Positions 30,562 to 41,794 of a stretch of DNA of 64,000 bases are shown here, in pieces. The stretch is from Acidobacteriota bacterium (lineage in GTDB: Bacteria > Acidobacteriota > Vicinamibacteria > Vicinamibacterales > UBA2999), in contig VFZN01000016.1 of assembly GCA_016871195.1 (NCBI GenBank), forward strand, positions 1,115 to 65,114. Direction: 5' to 3'. Made by a program: the position numbers and the translations under genes. Below the pieces are notes generated by a model. It saw only the letters and a program-made list of their open reading frames with translations, was not told the origin of the DNA and ran no database searches. The stretch's first letter is position 1; every line of letters starts with the position of its first letter.

Positions 30562-31893
30562 ATGATCGATCGCACACACGAGGCACGCCGGACAAGCTGG
30601 GTCGCGTCGGCGCAGGGACACGCGGATTTCCCCCTGCAGAACCTGCCGCTCGGCGTCTTCTCGACGCCGCGCGATCGGCGTCCGCGCCCCGGGGTGGCCA
30701 TCGGCGACGAGGTGCTCGACCTGTCGGCCCTGGCCCTCAGCGGTCTGCTCGACACCGCACTGGCCGATGCCGCGCCGCTGCTGACGGCCGACACGCTCAA
30801 TCCGCTGCTGGCCCAGCCTGCCTCCGTGCGCCTTGCGCTGCGTCACGCGCTGTTCGATCTGCTGGCCGACGACGCCCCCCATCGCGCGCGCGTGGCTGAG
30901 ATGCTGTCTGCGGCCTCGCACGTTACCCTGCACCTGCCGGCCCGCATCGGTGATTACACCGATTTCTACGCCGGCATTCACCACGCACTGAATGTCGGGC
31001 GGCAGTTCAGGCCCGATCAGCCGCTGCTGCCCAACTACAAATGGGTGCCCATCGGTTACCACGGTCGCGCCTCCTCCATCGTCGTGTCTGGAACGCCGGT
31101 CGTGCGCCCGAACGGTCAGCGCCGTGCCCCGGGGCAGGACACCGCGGCACCCGATGCCGGACCATCGCGCCGCCTCGACTACGAACTGGAACTCGGCATC
31201 TGGATGGGCCCCGGTTCGTCACTGGGCACGCCGGTGCCCATCGCGCAGGCCGAGGCGCACATCGCCGGGCTGTGTCTGCTGAACGACTGGTCGGCGCGCG
31301 ACCTGCAGGCGTGGGAATATCAGCCCCTGGGGCCGTTTCTGGCCAAGAACTTCGCCACAAGCATTTCTCCGTGGATCGTCACCACCGAGGCACTGGCGCC
31401 CTTCCGCATGCGTCAGCCTGCGCGGCCCGAGGGTGATCCCGCACCGCTGCCCTATCTGTGGGATGCCGACGATCAGGCGCACGGCGCCTTCGATCTGGAA
31501 CTGGATGTGTATCTCTCGACGCCGGCGATGCGTGCGCGCGGGGCGGCGGCCCATCGCCTCGCCCGGGGCCACGCCTCGCATCTCTACTGGACCGTGGCCC
31601 AGCTGCTGGCACATCACACCGTGAACGGCTGCAACCTGCAGGCCGGCGATCTGCTGGGCACCGGCACCATTTCGACCCCCACACCCGAGGGCCTCGGCAG
31701 CCTGCTCGAACTGAGCGAGGGCGGGCGGCGGCCGGTGGATCTCGGTGAGGGCGAGACGCGCACATTTCTCGAAGACGGCGATGAAGTCATCATGCGCGCG
31801 AGGGCGCGCCGCGACGGCTTCGCCAGCATCGGGCTCGGTGAGGTCCGGGGTATCGTCCAACCCGCCCCGAGCCTTCACGTACCCCTCTCATGA
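30562..31893 (+). CDS. fahA: Fumarylacetoacetase
   Basis: Shows FPLQNLPLGVFS, IGDYTDFYAGIHHALNVG and DYELELG. The length of 443 aa fits. Confidence 0.9.
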   Translation: MIDRTHEARRTSWVASAQGHADFPLQNLPLGVFSTPRDRRPRPGVAIGDEVLDLSALALSGLLDTALADAAPLLTADTLNPLLAQPASVRLALRHALFDLLADDAPHRARVAEMLSAASHVTLHLPARIGDYTDFYAGIHHALNVGRQFRPDQPLLPNYKWVPIGYHGRASSIVVSGTPVVRPNGQRRAPGQDTAAPDAGPSRRLDYELELGIWMGPGSSLGTPVPIAQAEAHIAGLCLLNDWSARDLQAWEYQPLGPFLAKNFATSISPWIVTTEALAPFRMRQPARPEGDPAPLPYLWDADDQAHGAFDLELDVYLSTPAMRARGAAAHRLARGHASHLYWTVAQLLAHHTVNGCNLQAGDLLGTGTISTPTPEGLGSLLELSEGGRRPVDLGEGETRTFLEDGDEVIMRARARRDGFASIGLGEVRGIVQPAPSLHVPLS

Positions 31894-32183
31894 CTGCTCT
31901 GTCACTGTCCACACGCGAGCGCGCCGCCCTGAAGGCGCGTGCGCATGCCCTCGATCCCTCACTGTTCCTCGGCAAGGCCGGGCTGTCGCCAGCCGTCATC
32001 GCCGAGGCCGAGCGTGTGCTGACCGCACGCGAGCTCATCAAGGTGAAAATCGCCGACGACGACCGCGAGGCCCGCGAAGCCACGGGCGCCGCGCTGGCCG
32101 AGACGACCGGCGCGGCCATCGTCGCGCGTGTCGGCAAGGTGCTGATTCTGTGGCGCCCGCGACCGGCCGAGCTGGCCGACTGA
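31890..32183 (+). CDS. yhbY: YhbY-like CRM-domain RNA-binding protein
   Basis: 97 aa reading LSTRERAALKARAHALDPSLFLGKAGLSPAVIAEAERVLTARELIKVKI. The start overlaps the fahA stop (ATGA). Confidence 0.8.
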   Translation: MTALSLSTRERAALKARAHALDPSLFLGKAGLSPAVIAEAERVLTARELIKVKIADDDREAREATGAALAETTGAAIVARVGKVLILWRPRPAELAD

Positions 32184-34160
<1,977 letters not shown>

Positions 34161-34166
34161 AGCCCT

Positions 34167-35024
34167 CTACGGTACCACTGACGGGCCTGCGTCGGCGACC
34201 GCCTCGAGCACATGGCGCCTGAGCGCCGCGGCCACGCCGGCCTCGTCCTGACTGCCCGTCTCGGTGAAACCGCGCCCGCGGAGGCCTTGGACGGCATTGC
34301 CCATGATGACCGGCAGCCCGGCGTAGTCGAGCATCGGCAGATCGTTGAGGTTGTCGCCGATGGCCATGACCTCGGCGGCGGTAAGGCCGAGGGCCGATGC
34401 ACGGGCCGCGAGCGCGACGCCCTTGGTGGCCGCCTGGGCCATGACGTCGACCAGCGCGAAATCACGGTGTTCGTATTCGGTCTGGAAGATGCTGACACCC
34501 TCGACGCCCGACACGAGCGCATGCACGGCCCGCATCTCGCTGACCGTGCCGTTGAACATGACCTGCACGGGATCTTCGGTGAGGGCTGTCTCGAGGGGTG
34601 TGGCCCGGGCGATGAGATGCTGCCGGGCGCGCCAGTAGCTCAGCCGCTGCGGGTGGGACCAGTCCATCGACTCGGCCACGACGTGCGCGTGCGTGTCACG
34701 GTCGAAGATGAGGGCGCTGGTCGAGCGGAACCGCTGCGTGTGCTGCAGCACTGCCTGCGCCCGCTCGCGACTCAGCAGCCGCTGGGCGACTCCCACGCCG
34801 TCGAGGGTCCGTTCCACGGCGCCGTTCGAGGCGATGATGGTGACCGACGCCGGCAGCACTCCGGCGACGTCGCGCGCGAACGGATAGCTGCGCCCGGTCA
34901 CCAGCGCCACATGCACGCCGGCGGCGACCACGGCGGCAATGGCGTCCCGGTTGGCTTCGGGCAGACGGCCGCGGCTGTCGACGAGGGTGCCGTCAATGTC
35001 GATGGCGACGAGGCGAACCGGCAT
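34167..35024 (-). CDS. HAD-IIB (Cof-type) phosphatase
   Basis: AIDIDGTL (DxDGT) and GDNLNDLPML motifs. It lies 6 nt upstream of uup on the same strand. Confidence 0.85.
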   Translation of the reverse strand: MPVRLVAIDIDGTLVDSRGRLPEANRDAIAAVVAAGVHVALVTGRSYPFARDVAGVLPASVTIIASNGAVERTLDGVGVAQRLLSRERAQAVLQHTQRFRSTSALIFDRDTHAHVVAESMDWSHPQRLSYWRARQHLIARATPLETALTEDPVQVMFNGTVSEMRAVHALVSGVEGVSIFQTEYEHRDFALVDVMAQAATKGVALAARASALGLTAAEVMAIGDNLNDLPMLDYAGLPVIMGNAVQGLRGRGFTETGSQDEAGVAAALRRHVLEAVADAGPSVVP

Positions 35025-35085
35025 CGGACGATGCTAGCGCACGGCACAGCACGGCGGTCCCGCGCTACCATGGAAGGTCGCTTCC

Positions 35086-36723
35086 ATGATTGCCCTCGCC
35101 AACATCAACAAGCAGTACGGCCGCCAGCTCATCTTCGTCGACGCTTCGTTTCAGCTGAATCCCGGGGACAAAGTCGGCCTCGTGGGTCCGAACGGGGCCG
35201 GCAAGACCACGCTCTTCCGGATGATTGTCGGCGAAGAACAGCCGGATGAGGGCGAGGTGTCGGTGCCGCGCAAGCTCACGGTCGGCTACTTCCGCCAGGA
35301 TGTCGGTGAGATGCGCGGACGGCCGGTGATTGACGAGGCCATCGCCGGCAGCGGACGCGTCGGCGACCTGCACCACGAGCTGTCGTCGCTGCAGGCGGCC
35401 ATGGACGATCCGGCGCAGATGGACGACCTCGACCGCATCCTCGCGCGCTTCGGCGAGGTGCAGGAAGAGTACGAGCATCTCGGCGGCTACACGCTCGAAG
35501 CCCAGGCCCGCGAGGTGCTGCACGGGCTCGGGCTGGCCGACGACCAGATCGACGGCGACGTCGGGGCCCTGTCGGGCGGGTGGAAGATGCGAGTGGCCCT
35601 GGCGCGCGTGCTGCTCGGCAAGCCCGACGTGCTGCTGATGGACGAGCCGACGAACCACCTCGACATCGAGTCGATCATCTGGCTGGAACAGTTCCTCCGT
35701 ACCCTGCCCTCAGCCCTGCTGATGACCTCGCACGACCGCGAGTTCATGAACCGCATCGTCACGAAGATTGCCGAGATCGACAGCGGCGAAATCACGGTCT
35801 ACTCGGGCAACTACGACTTCTACGAACGCGAGCGGGCGATTCGCGAAACCAATCAGCAGGCGGCCTATGCGCGGCAGCAGGCGATGCTGGCCAAAGAGCA
35901 GCGGTTCATCGAGCGCTTCAAGACGCACGCCGCCAAGGCGGCACAGGTGCAGAGCCGCATCAAGGCCCTCGACAAGATCGAGAAGATCGAGCTGCCGAAG
36001 AAGCGCCAGATCGTCAAGTTCGAGTTCCGCACGCCGCCGCGATCGGGCGACCAGGTCGCGGTCATCGAGAACCTTCACAAGCGCTTCGGCCCGCGCATCA
36101 TCTACGACGGGCTCAGCCTCACGATCAGGCGCGGCGAGCGCTGGGCGGTGATGGGCCGCAACGGTGCGGGCAAGACGACGCTGCTGAAGATGCTGGCGGG
36201 CGTGCTGACGCCCGACACCGGTGACGTGCGGCTGGGGGCGAGCCTGCGCATGGGCTACTTTGCGCAGCAGTCGCTGGACGTGCTCGATGCCGACCTGACG
36301 ATCATCGAGCAGCTGCAGCAGGATTTTCCGCAGGACGGCCTCGGCGCGCTGCGCACGCTGGCCGGGGCCTTCCAGTTCTCGGGCGACGATATCGACAAGC
36401 GCATCCGCGCGCTGTCAGGCGGTGAGAAATCGCGGCTGGCCATGGCCCGCATGCTGTACAACCCGCCGAACTTCCTCGTGCTCGACGAACCGACCAACCA
36501 CCTCGACCTGGCGACCAAGGAAATGCTCGTCGATGCGCTGAAGGACTTCGACGGCACGATGATCTTCGTGTCGCACGACCGCATGTTCCTGCGCGGACTC
36601 GGGTCGCGCGTGCTTGAGCTTGGCGGCGACGGCGGCGACAGCCGCGACCCGCTGGTGTATCCCGGCAGCTACGTCGAGTATGTGGAAAAGACCGGCCACG
36701 AGGCGCCGGGCACCCACTCCTGA
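35086..36723 (+). CDS. ABC-F family ATPase (YbiT/YheS-like)
   Basis: Two cassettes (GPNGAGKTT / LSGGWKMR and GRNGAGKTT / LSGGEKSR) and no TM segments. The SD GGAAGG lies upstream. Confidence 0.85.
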   Translation: MIALANINKQYGRQLIFVDASFQLNPGDKVGLVGPNGAGKTTLFRMIVGEEQPDEGEVSVPRKLTVGYFRQDVGEMRGRPVIDEAIAGSGRVGDLHHELSSLQAAMDDPAQMDDLDRILARFGEVQEEYEHLGGYTLEAQAREVLHGLGLADDQIDGDVGALSGGWKMRVALARVLLGKPDVLLMDEPTNHLDIESIIWLEQFLRTLPSALLMTSHDREFMNRIVTKIAEIDSGEITVYSGNYDFYERERAIRETNQQAAYARQQAMLAKEQRFIERFKTHAAKAAQVQSRIKALDKIEKIELPKKRQIVKFEFRTPPRSGDQVAVIENLHKRFGPRIIYDGLSLTIRRGERWAVMGRNGAGKTTLLKMLAGVLTPDTGDVRLGASLRMGYFAQQSLDVLDADLTIIEQLQQDFPQDGLGALRTLAGAFQFSGDDIDKRIRALSGGEKSRLAMARMLYNPPNFLVLDEPTNHLDLATKEMLVDALKDFDGTMIFVSHDRMFLRGLGSRVLELGGDGGDSRDPLVYPGSYVEYVEKTGHEAPGTHS

Positions 36724-36726
36724 GGG

Positions 36727-36762
36727 GGCCCCCTTGGCTGGCCGAGGCCGGGCCGTTTTTTT
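36727..36762 (+). terminator. Rho-independent terminator after the ABC-F gene
   Basis: A GC-rich hairpin spans 36727-36754 (11 bp with a 2-nt bulge and loop CTGG). It is followed by G and T7 (36756-36762). Confidence 0.6.
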
Positions 36763-36868
36763 GCTTGCCTCCCGCCGCAAAAGAGGCCACTCTATCGAGT
36801 CGCATTCGGTTTTCTGAACGTGTCTGCAGTGGCCCCGTCTGCACCGGGGCCCGCCTGAGGAGGCGCCC

Positions 36869-38317
36869 ATGCATCGGCCGCTCGTCGTGTTCACCGCCGC
36901 ACTCATCGTCTTCGCTGCCGCCACCGCCCGCGCGCAGTCTGCGCCGGCGCCAGTGCCGACCTACTCGAAGGATGTCGCTCCCATCCTCAACAAGCACTGC
37001 GTCAGCTGCCATCGCCCCGGCGAAATCGGCCCGATGGCCTTCGAGAGCTATGCGCAGACCCGCCCGTGGGCACGGAGCATCCGCAGCAAGGTCATGCGCC
37101 GCGAGATGCCGCCCTGGGGCGCCGATAATGCCTCAAGCATGAAGATCGGCAACGACCGCACGCTGTCGTCGCACGAGCTCGACACCATCGTGGCGTGGGT
37201 GAACGGTGGCGCGCCCGAAGGCAACCCCGCCGACCTGCCCGCACGGCCCAGCTTCCCGACAGGCTGGCAGCTGGGTGAGCCCGACTTCGTGTTCGAGCAG
37301 CCGGTGGCCTGGACCGTCAAGCCCGACGCGCAGGAACCCTATCTCTACTTCTACGAGAAGATTCCGTTCGCTGAAGATCGCTGGGCCGCAGGCGTTGAAA
37401 TCCGTCCCAGCAACTTCAGCGTCGTCCATCACTCGGGCGTGTACATCATCGACATTCCCGACGGCTACACCGTGAAGGACGGCTACCTGTACGATGCGGC
37501 CGGCACGCAGGTGCCCCCCAGCGTGCCGATGGGCAAGCGCGCCACGCTGGCCGACGGCAGCCTTCTGGCCGGGGCCGACAAGGTGATCAGCTATGTGCCC
37601 GGGCGCGGCTACGAGAAGCATCCCGAGGGTTATGCCAAGCGCATTCCCGCCGGCAAGTACGTGCGCTGGGTAATGCACTACAACCCGACCGGGCAGCCCG
37701 AGACCGACCGCAGCAAGCTCGGCCTCTGGTGGGCCAAGGGCCCGGTCCGTCGCGAGGTGCTCAACCTGCAGGCGGGTGACCCCATCCCCGGCAGCGGCAA
37801 TCGCGGCCTCTACTTTGCCAACGGCAAGGAAGTGCTCTACGAGTCGGATGACACCACGGGCCGCCGCGGCAAGACCCCGACGATTCCCCCGTATGTGGCC
37901 GACTTTAAGATGATGGGGATCACACCGGTCAACGAGGACATCACGCTCTACGCCCTCACCCCGCACATGCACCTGCGCGGCAAGAGCATGAAGTGGTGGG
38001 TGACCTATCCCGATGGCCGAGAGGAAGTCATTCTCAACGTGCCCAACTTCGACTTCAACTGGCAGATCCAGTACGAACTCGCCACGCCGCTCAAGGTGCC
38101 GGCCGGCAGCAAGATTACCAACATCGCCATCTTCGACAATTCGGTGAACAACAAGTGGAATCCGGCGCCCGAGAAGGAAGTCTACTGGTCGGAGCAGAGC
38201 TGGGACGAGATGTACCAGCCCACGACCCAGTTCTCAATCGACCGCCAGGATCTGACGCGGCCCGCCGCACGGGGCACCCGCGAACAGCAGCGCCAGCAGC
38301 AGCACCAGCAGCAGTAA
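36869..38317 (+). CDS. Secreted fusion: N-terminal c-type cytochrome domain + PHM/DBH-like type-II copper monooxygenase
   Basis: Signal peptide, then CVSCH (C44-C47-H48) with a downstream EMPPWG. Then, in PHM order: VVHHSG, VMHYNP, TPHMHLRGK, SWDEMYQ. The SD GAGGAGG lies upstream. The C-terminal tail is Gln-rich. Confidence 0.75.
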   Translation: MHRPLVVFTAALIVFAAATARAQSAPAPVPTYSKDVAPILNKHCVSCHRPGEIGPMAFESYAQTRPWARSIRSKVMRREMPPWGADNASSMKIGNDRTLSSHELDTIVAWVNGGAPEGNPADLPARPSFPTGWQLGEPDFVFEQPVAWTVKPDAQEPYLYFYEKIPFAEDRWAAGVEIRPSNFSVVHHSGVYIIDIPDGYTVKDGYLYDAAGTQVPPSVPMGKRATLADGSLLAGADKVISYVPGRGYEKHPEGYAKRIPAGKYVRWVMHYNPTGQPETDRSKLGLWWAKGPVRREVLNLQAGDPIPGSGNRGLYFANGKEVLYESDDTTGRRGKTPTIPPYVADFKMMGITPVNEDITLYALTPHMHLRGKSMKWWVTYPDGREEVILNVPNFDFNWQIQYELATPLKVPAGSKITNIAIFDNSVNNKWNPAPEKEVYWSEQSWDEMYQPTTQFSIDRQDLTRPAARGTREQQRQQQHQQQ

Positions 38318-38322
38318 CGCCG

Positions 38323-38982
38323 ATGCGGCCGGTTACGTCACCACACGCTCATCGCCGTCGCGCGGCTCGCCGCGCGGCGGTCGCGGTGGCCCTCGCGTTG
38401 CTGGCGGTCGCGGGCACCACCGACACACACGGCTCCGTTCAGGCACAGCAGGAGCGGCCGACCAGTCAGGTGCCGACGCTGGGACGGCCGACACGGCCAG
38501 ACGACCCGGCACCGCTGCTCGACTTCGGCCGCTACTTCAACGGCACGTGGAATGTCAGCTGGGAATATCCGGAAAGCCCCCTCGGGCCGGCCGATGTCGT
38601 CGACGGCACCACCACCTTTCGCCAGGTGGGGCCCTCGACCTTCGAAGCATCGAGTGCGCTGACCAGCGCAGCCGGGGCCTTCACGGTGAAGGAAACCTTC
38701 GAGTATCAGCGGGCCGAGCAGACCATCACACGCACGGTCGTCGACAGCCGGGGCTTCACCTACACACAGACGGGCAGCGTCACCGGTGACCTCGGCGGGC
38801 AGTTCACCATCAGACTCGACGGCAAGCCCTTCACCCATCAGGGACAGACGGTCCGCATCAATGCCGTGATGCGACTGCTGTCGCCCTTCAACTTCCGGGT
38901 GCAGTTCACCCTGTCCACCGGCAACGGCCCGTTCACCAATTTCGGTAATCCCTGGTGGCGGAAGGAGACGGCACCGCGATGA
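38323..38982 (+). CDS. Secreted hypothetical protein (Arg-rich, possibly Tat-type leader)
   Basis: Start is set at MRPVTSPHAHRRRAARRAAVAVALALLAVAG, 6 nt after the upstream stop. The remainder is beta-rich. I recognise no domain. Confidence 0.55.
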   Translation: MRPVTSPHAHRRRAARRAAVAVALALLAVAGTTDTHGSVQAQQERPTSQVPTLGRPTRPDDPAPLLDFGRYFNGTWNVSWEYPESPLGPADVVDGTTTFRQVGPSTFEASSALTSAAGAFTVKETFEYQRAEQTITRTVVDSRGFTYTQTGSVTGDLGGQFTIRLDGKPFTHQGQTVRINAVMRLLSPFNFRVQFTLSTGNGPFTNFGNPWWRKETAPR

Positions 38983-39359
38983 GACGACTGTCCTGCCTTG
39001 TCCTTCTGCTCGCCGGCACCATCGGTGCGGCCGCCGCCCAGGAACCTGCGTCGAGCCGCGTACCCGTCGTGGCCGTGGCGGGGTGTGTCACGCAGCAGGG
39101 CGCCGCCTATGGCCTGCGATCGGCCACCGAGCCCACTCCGAGCATCGCCAACGGACTGCCGACCGGCGACGTCTACAAGGGACCAACCGTCGGCCCGAAC
39201 ACGTTCCAGCTCATCGGCACCTCCGAGTTCGACATGCCCGCGCACGTCGGCCACACCGTGCTGATCAAGGGGCTGCTCATCAAAGCCTCGCCGACCAGCC
39301 GGCTCAATGTCACGTCAGTGAGCCGTCTGTCGACATCGTGTGCCCCGGCGCCGAAGTGA
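38979..39359 (+). CDS. Small secreted hypothetical protein
   Basis: Start is at MRRLSCLVLLLAGTIGAAAAQ and overlaps the upstream stop (ATGA at 38979-38982). 126 aa with two Cys in the mature part. Confidence 0.55.
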   Translation: MRRLSCLVLLLAGTIGAAAAQEPASSRVPVVAVAGCVTQQGAAYGLRSATEPTPSIANGLPTGDVYKGPTVGPNTFQLIGTSEFDMPAHVGHTVLIKGLLIKASPTSRLNVTSVSRLSTSCAPAPK

Positions 39360-40476
39360 CCTGAGCGGCCGGGCCCTGGGCCTGCCGGCGGGCCTGACCC
39401 TGCTGGCGACGCTGGCGACACTGCCCCTCTCGACCGGCCTTCAGGCCCACGACTTCGAGCGGACCACCGTTCATCTCACCATCGCCCGTGACGGGCGCTT
39501 CGAGCTCAGGCTGGCGCACGACCCTCAGTGGCTGCTGCTGCGCATGGACTCGCTCGCAGGCCAGCCCGGCCGCCCCGCCGACTCGGCCGAGGCACGCGAT
39601 GCCCGCCTGACGGCGCTGGCACCCGACGCCATCGATCGGGTCGTGCTCTTCATCGACGGTCGCGAAGTCCGTCCCGAGTCGAGCACCTATGCGCCACCCC
39701 CCGACACCGTCCCGGCTGGTGAATTCGCCCTGGCATCGTACACACTGCGCGGGCAGCTGCCGGCCTCGAGTACAACCCTTCGCTGGTACTACGGGCTCGT
39801 GGCCGATCCGTATCCGTTCACGCTCACCCTCGCGGATGGAACGACCGTGACCGAATGGGTGCAAGGTGATGCCTGGAGCACGGCGCTCGCCCTCGGCACG
39901 GCTCCTCAGCCGACCCTCACCGATGATCTGGTTCGATACGTGTGGCTCGGCATCACGCACATCGTCCCGGGTGGTCTCGATCACATGCTGTTCATTGCAG
40001 GGCTGTTCCTGCTGACGGCGGCATGGCGGTCGCTGCTGTGGCAGGTGTCGGCATTCACGGTGGCGCACACCCTCACGCTGGGCCTGGCACTGACGGGTGT
40101 CATCGCGCTGCCATCGGCCGTGGTCGAGCCGCTCATTGCCCTGTCGATCAGGTATGTGGGCCTCGAGAATGTGCGGACGCGCGAGCTGACGCGCACGCGC
40201 GTGGGGCTGGTGTTCGTCTTCGGCCTGCTGCACGGCCTCGGATTCGCCGGCGTGATGCAGGGCCTGCGCCTGCCGGCGTCGCAGCTGGTCCCCGGACTGC
40301 TGGGCTTCAATCTCGGCGTGGAACTCGGACAGCTGGCCGTGCTGGGCAGCCTCGCGCTGCTCACGTGGCCTCTGAGGCACCGCGTCTGGTATCACCAGCG
40401 GATGGTGACGCCGGCCTCGCTGGGCATCGCCCTCATCGGTCTCTACTGGGCAGTGACCCGACTGATGCAGGGATGA
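39340..40476 (+). CDS. HupE/UreJ-2 family membrane protein with N-terminal periplasmic domain (putative metal permease)
   Basis: GTG start overlaps the upstream gene. The signal is followed by LQA|HDFE, so the predicted mature N-terminus is a His. Motifs include HIVPGGLDHMLFIAGLFLL and GLLHGLGFAGVM across 6 TM helices. Confidence 0.7.
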   Translation: MPRRRSDLSGRALGLPAGLTLLATLATLPLSTGLQAHDFERTTVHLTIARDGRFELRLAHDPQWLLLRMDSLAGQPGRPADSAEARDARLTALAPDAIDRVVLFIDGREVRPESSTYAPPPDTVPAGEFALASYTLRGQLPASSTTLRWYYGLVADPYPFTLTLADGTTVTEWVQGDAWSTALALGTAPQPTLTDDLVRYVWLGITHIVPGGLDHMLFIAGLFLLTAAWRSLLWQVSAFTVAHTLTLGLALTGVIALPSAVVEPLIALSIRYVGLENVRTRELTRTRVGLVFVFGLLHGLGFAGVMQGLRLPASQLVPGLLGFNLGVELGQLAVLGSLALLTWPLRHRVWYHQRMVTPASLGIALIGLYWAVTRLMQG

Positions 40477-40536
40477 CTCCGCCGGCTGCGGCCGGCGGAG
40501 CCTCCCTGTCTGCGTCATGCACGGACGCCGTGTGCC

Positions 40537-41622
40537 TTACCGCGCGCTGCCGGTCGCAGGCACAAACTTCTGGATGCGCTGCCCGTAGGTATCGGCGGCA
40601 TACACCGCGCCTTTCGAGTCGACGACGATGCCGTGAACCCAGTCGAACTGGGAGGGCCCGAGCCCCTGCGAACCCCAGGTGGCGAGCAGCGTGCCGTCTG
40701 CCAGCGAGAACTTGTGCACGCGCTCGCGCAGGTGATCGGCCATGTAGCCGACACCTTCGGTGCCCTTCCGCGAGATGTGCACATCCCACGGATTCCAGTC
40801 GTTCCTGAGCTCGCGCTTGTAGGTCAGGTTGCGGTCGAAAATCTGCAGGCGCTTGTTCTCGCGGTCGATGATGTAGAGGTTCTCCTCGGCATCCACGGCC
40901 AGCTTGTGCGGCAGATGCCACTCGCCGGGGCCAGTACCGCGGTCGGCCGGCCCACCTGCGCCACGCGCCACCTGGCGGATGACCTTGCCCTGGCGGTCGT
41001 AGAGAATCACGCGGTTGTTGCCGTAACCATCGGTGACGACCATGTTGCCGTTCTTCAGGATCGCAATGCCAGACGGCAAATCAAGATGCGTCGCGTCGTT
41101 GCCCTTCTCGAGCGTGGTGCCGATCTGGAGCAGCAGCCGATCCATCGACGGGTTGAGCTTCACGATGCGATGGGCATCGCGCTCGATGATGTAGACGTTG
41201 CCCTCCCAGTCGACACCGCCCGAATGCTGCCAGTCGGAGTTGATCTTCTTCCCGTTGTATTCGCCGTCGCCGCCGGTCTGAATCAGCGTGCCTGCGGTGT
41301 CGAACACCATGACGGGCTTGGGCCCGCGATTGAAGACGAAGATGCGGTCCTGCTGATCGATGGCCAGACCGGAGATGCCGGGCTGATTGGTCGGCGGACC
41401 TGAGGGGCCACTGGCACCGCGGGCACGTCGGGCCGCTGCCTGCGCCTCGCGCTCGGCCGGAGGTGGTGGCGCCTCGCGCAAGCCGAACCACATTCCCGAA
41501 GGCAACGTGGGCCAGTTGGGCACCAGACGATATGCCTCTCCCTGTGCCTCGACGCGTGACGCCGGCCACGCCAGCGCCAGAATCACCGCTGCTGCACACG
41601 CTGCCACTCTGATGGGTCGCAT
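40537..41622 (-). CDS. Secreted NHL-repeat six-bladed propeller, peptidyl-alpha-hydroxyglycine alpha-amidating lyase (PAL)-like, paralogue 1
   Basis: Start is at MRPIRVAACAAAVILALAWPASRVEAQ, with GGGAGAA upstream. Motifs are VTDGYGNNRVILYD, WHLPHKLAVD and IIDRENKRLQIFD. Confidence 0.75.
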   Translation of the reverse strand: MRPIRVAACAAAVILALAWPASRVEAQGEAYRLVPNWPTLPSGMWFGLREAPPPPAEREAQAAARRARGASGPSGPPTNQPGISGLAIDQQDRIFVFNRGPKPVMVFDTAGTLIQTGGDGEYNGKKINSDWQHSGGVDWEGNVYIIERDAHRIVKLNPSMDRLLLQIGTTLEKGNDATHLDLPSGIAILKNGNMVVTDGYGNNRVILYDRQGKVIRQVARGAGGPADRGTGPGEWHLPHKLAVDAEENLYIIDRENKRLQIFDRNLTYKRELRNDWNPWDVHISRKGTEGVGYMADHLRERVHKFSLADGTLLATWGSQGLGPSQFDWVHGIVVDSKGAVYAADTYGQRIQKFVPATGSAR

Positions 41623-41794
41623 TGACGTTCTCCCTGCATCCTCGCAGGCGCGTGGCCTCATCGCCCGTGCCGCCTGGTTGATCCGCCGGCACGCCGCCTG
41701 CCTCGACTCGACGGCGCTGAGTGTAGCGCAGTCGACCTGGTGGCGTGGAGGTCAGGCGCTGAACGCAGCCGTGAACCGTGCTACCGTCTGCGCC

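Noticed and set aside
36724-36733. GGGGGCCCCC palindrome right after the ABC-F stop codon
   Set aside because: It is absorbed into the larger terminator hairpin (36727-36762) and is not a separate feature.
36831-36851. Hairpin GGCCCCG-(7 nt)-CGGGGCC just upstream of the SD of the monooxygenase gene
   Set aside because: It is a short GC stem of a kind that is frequent in this composition. No conserved motif or U-run accompanies it. It is noted only as a possible translational modulator, with too little support to call.
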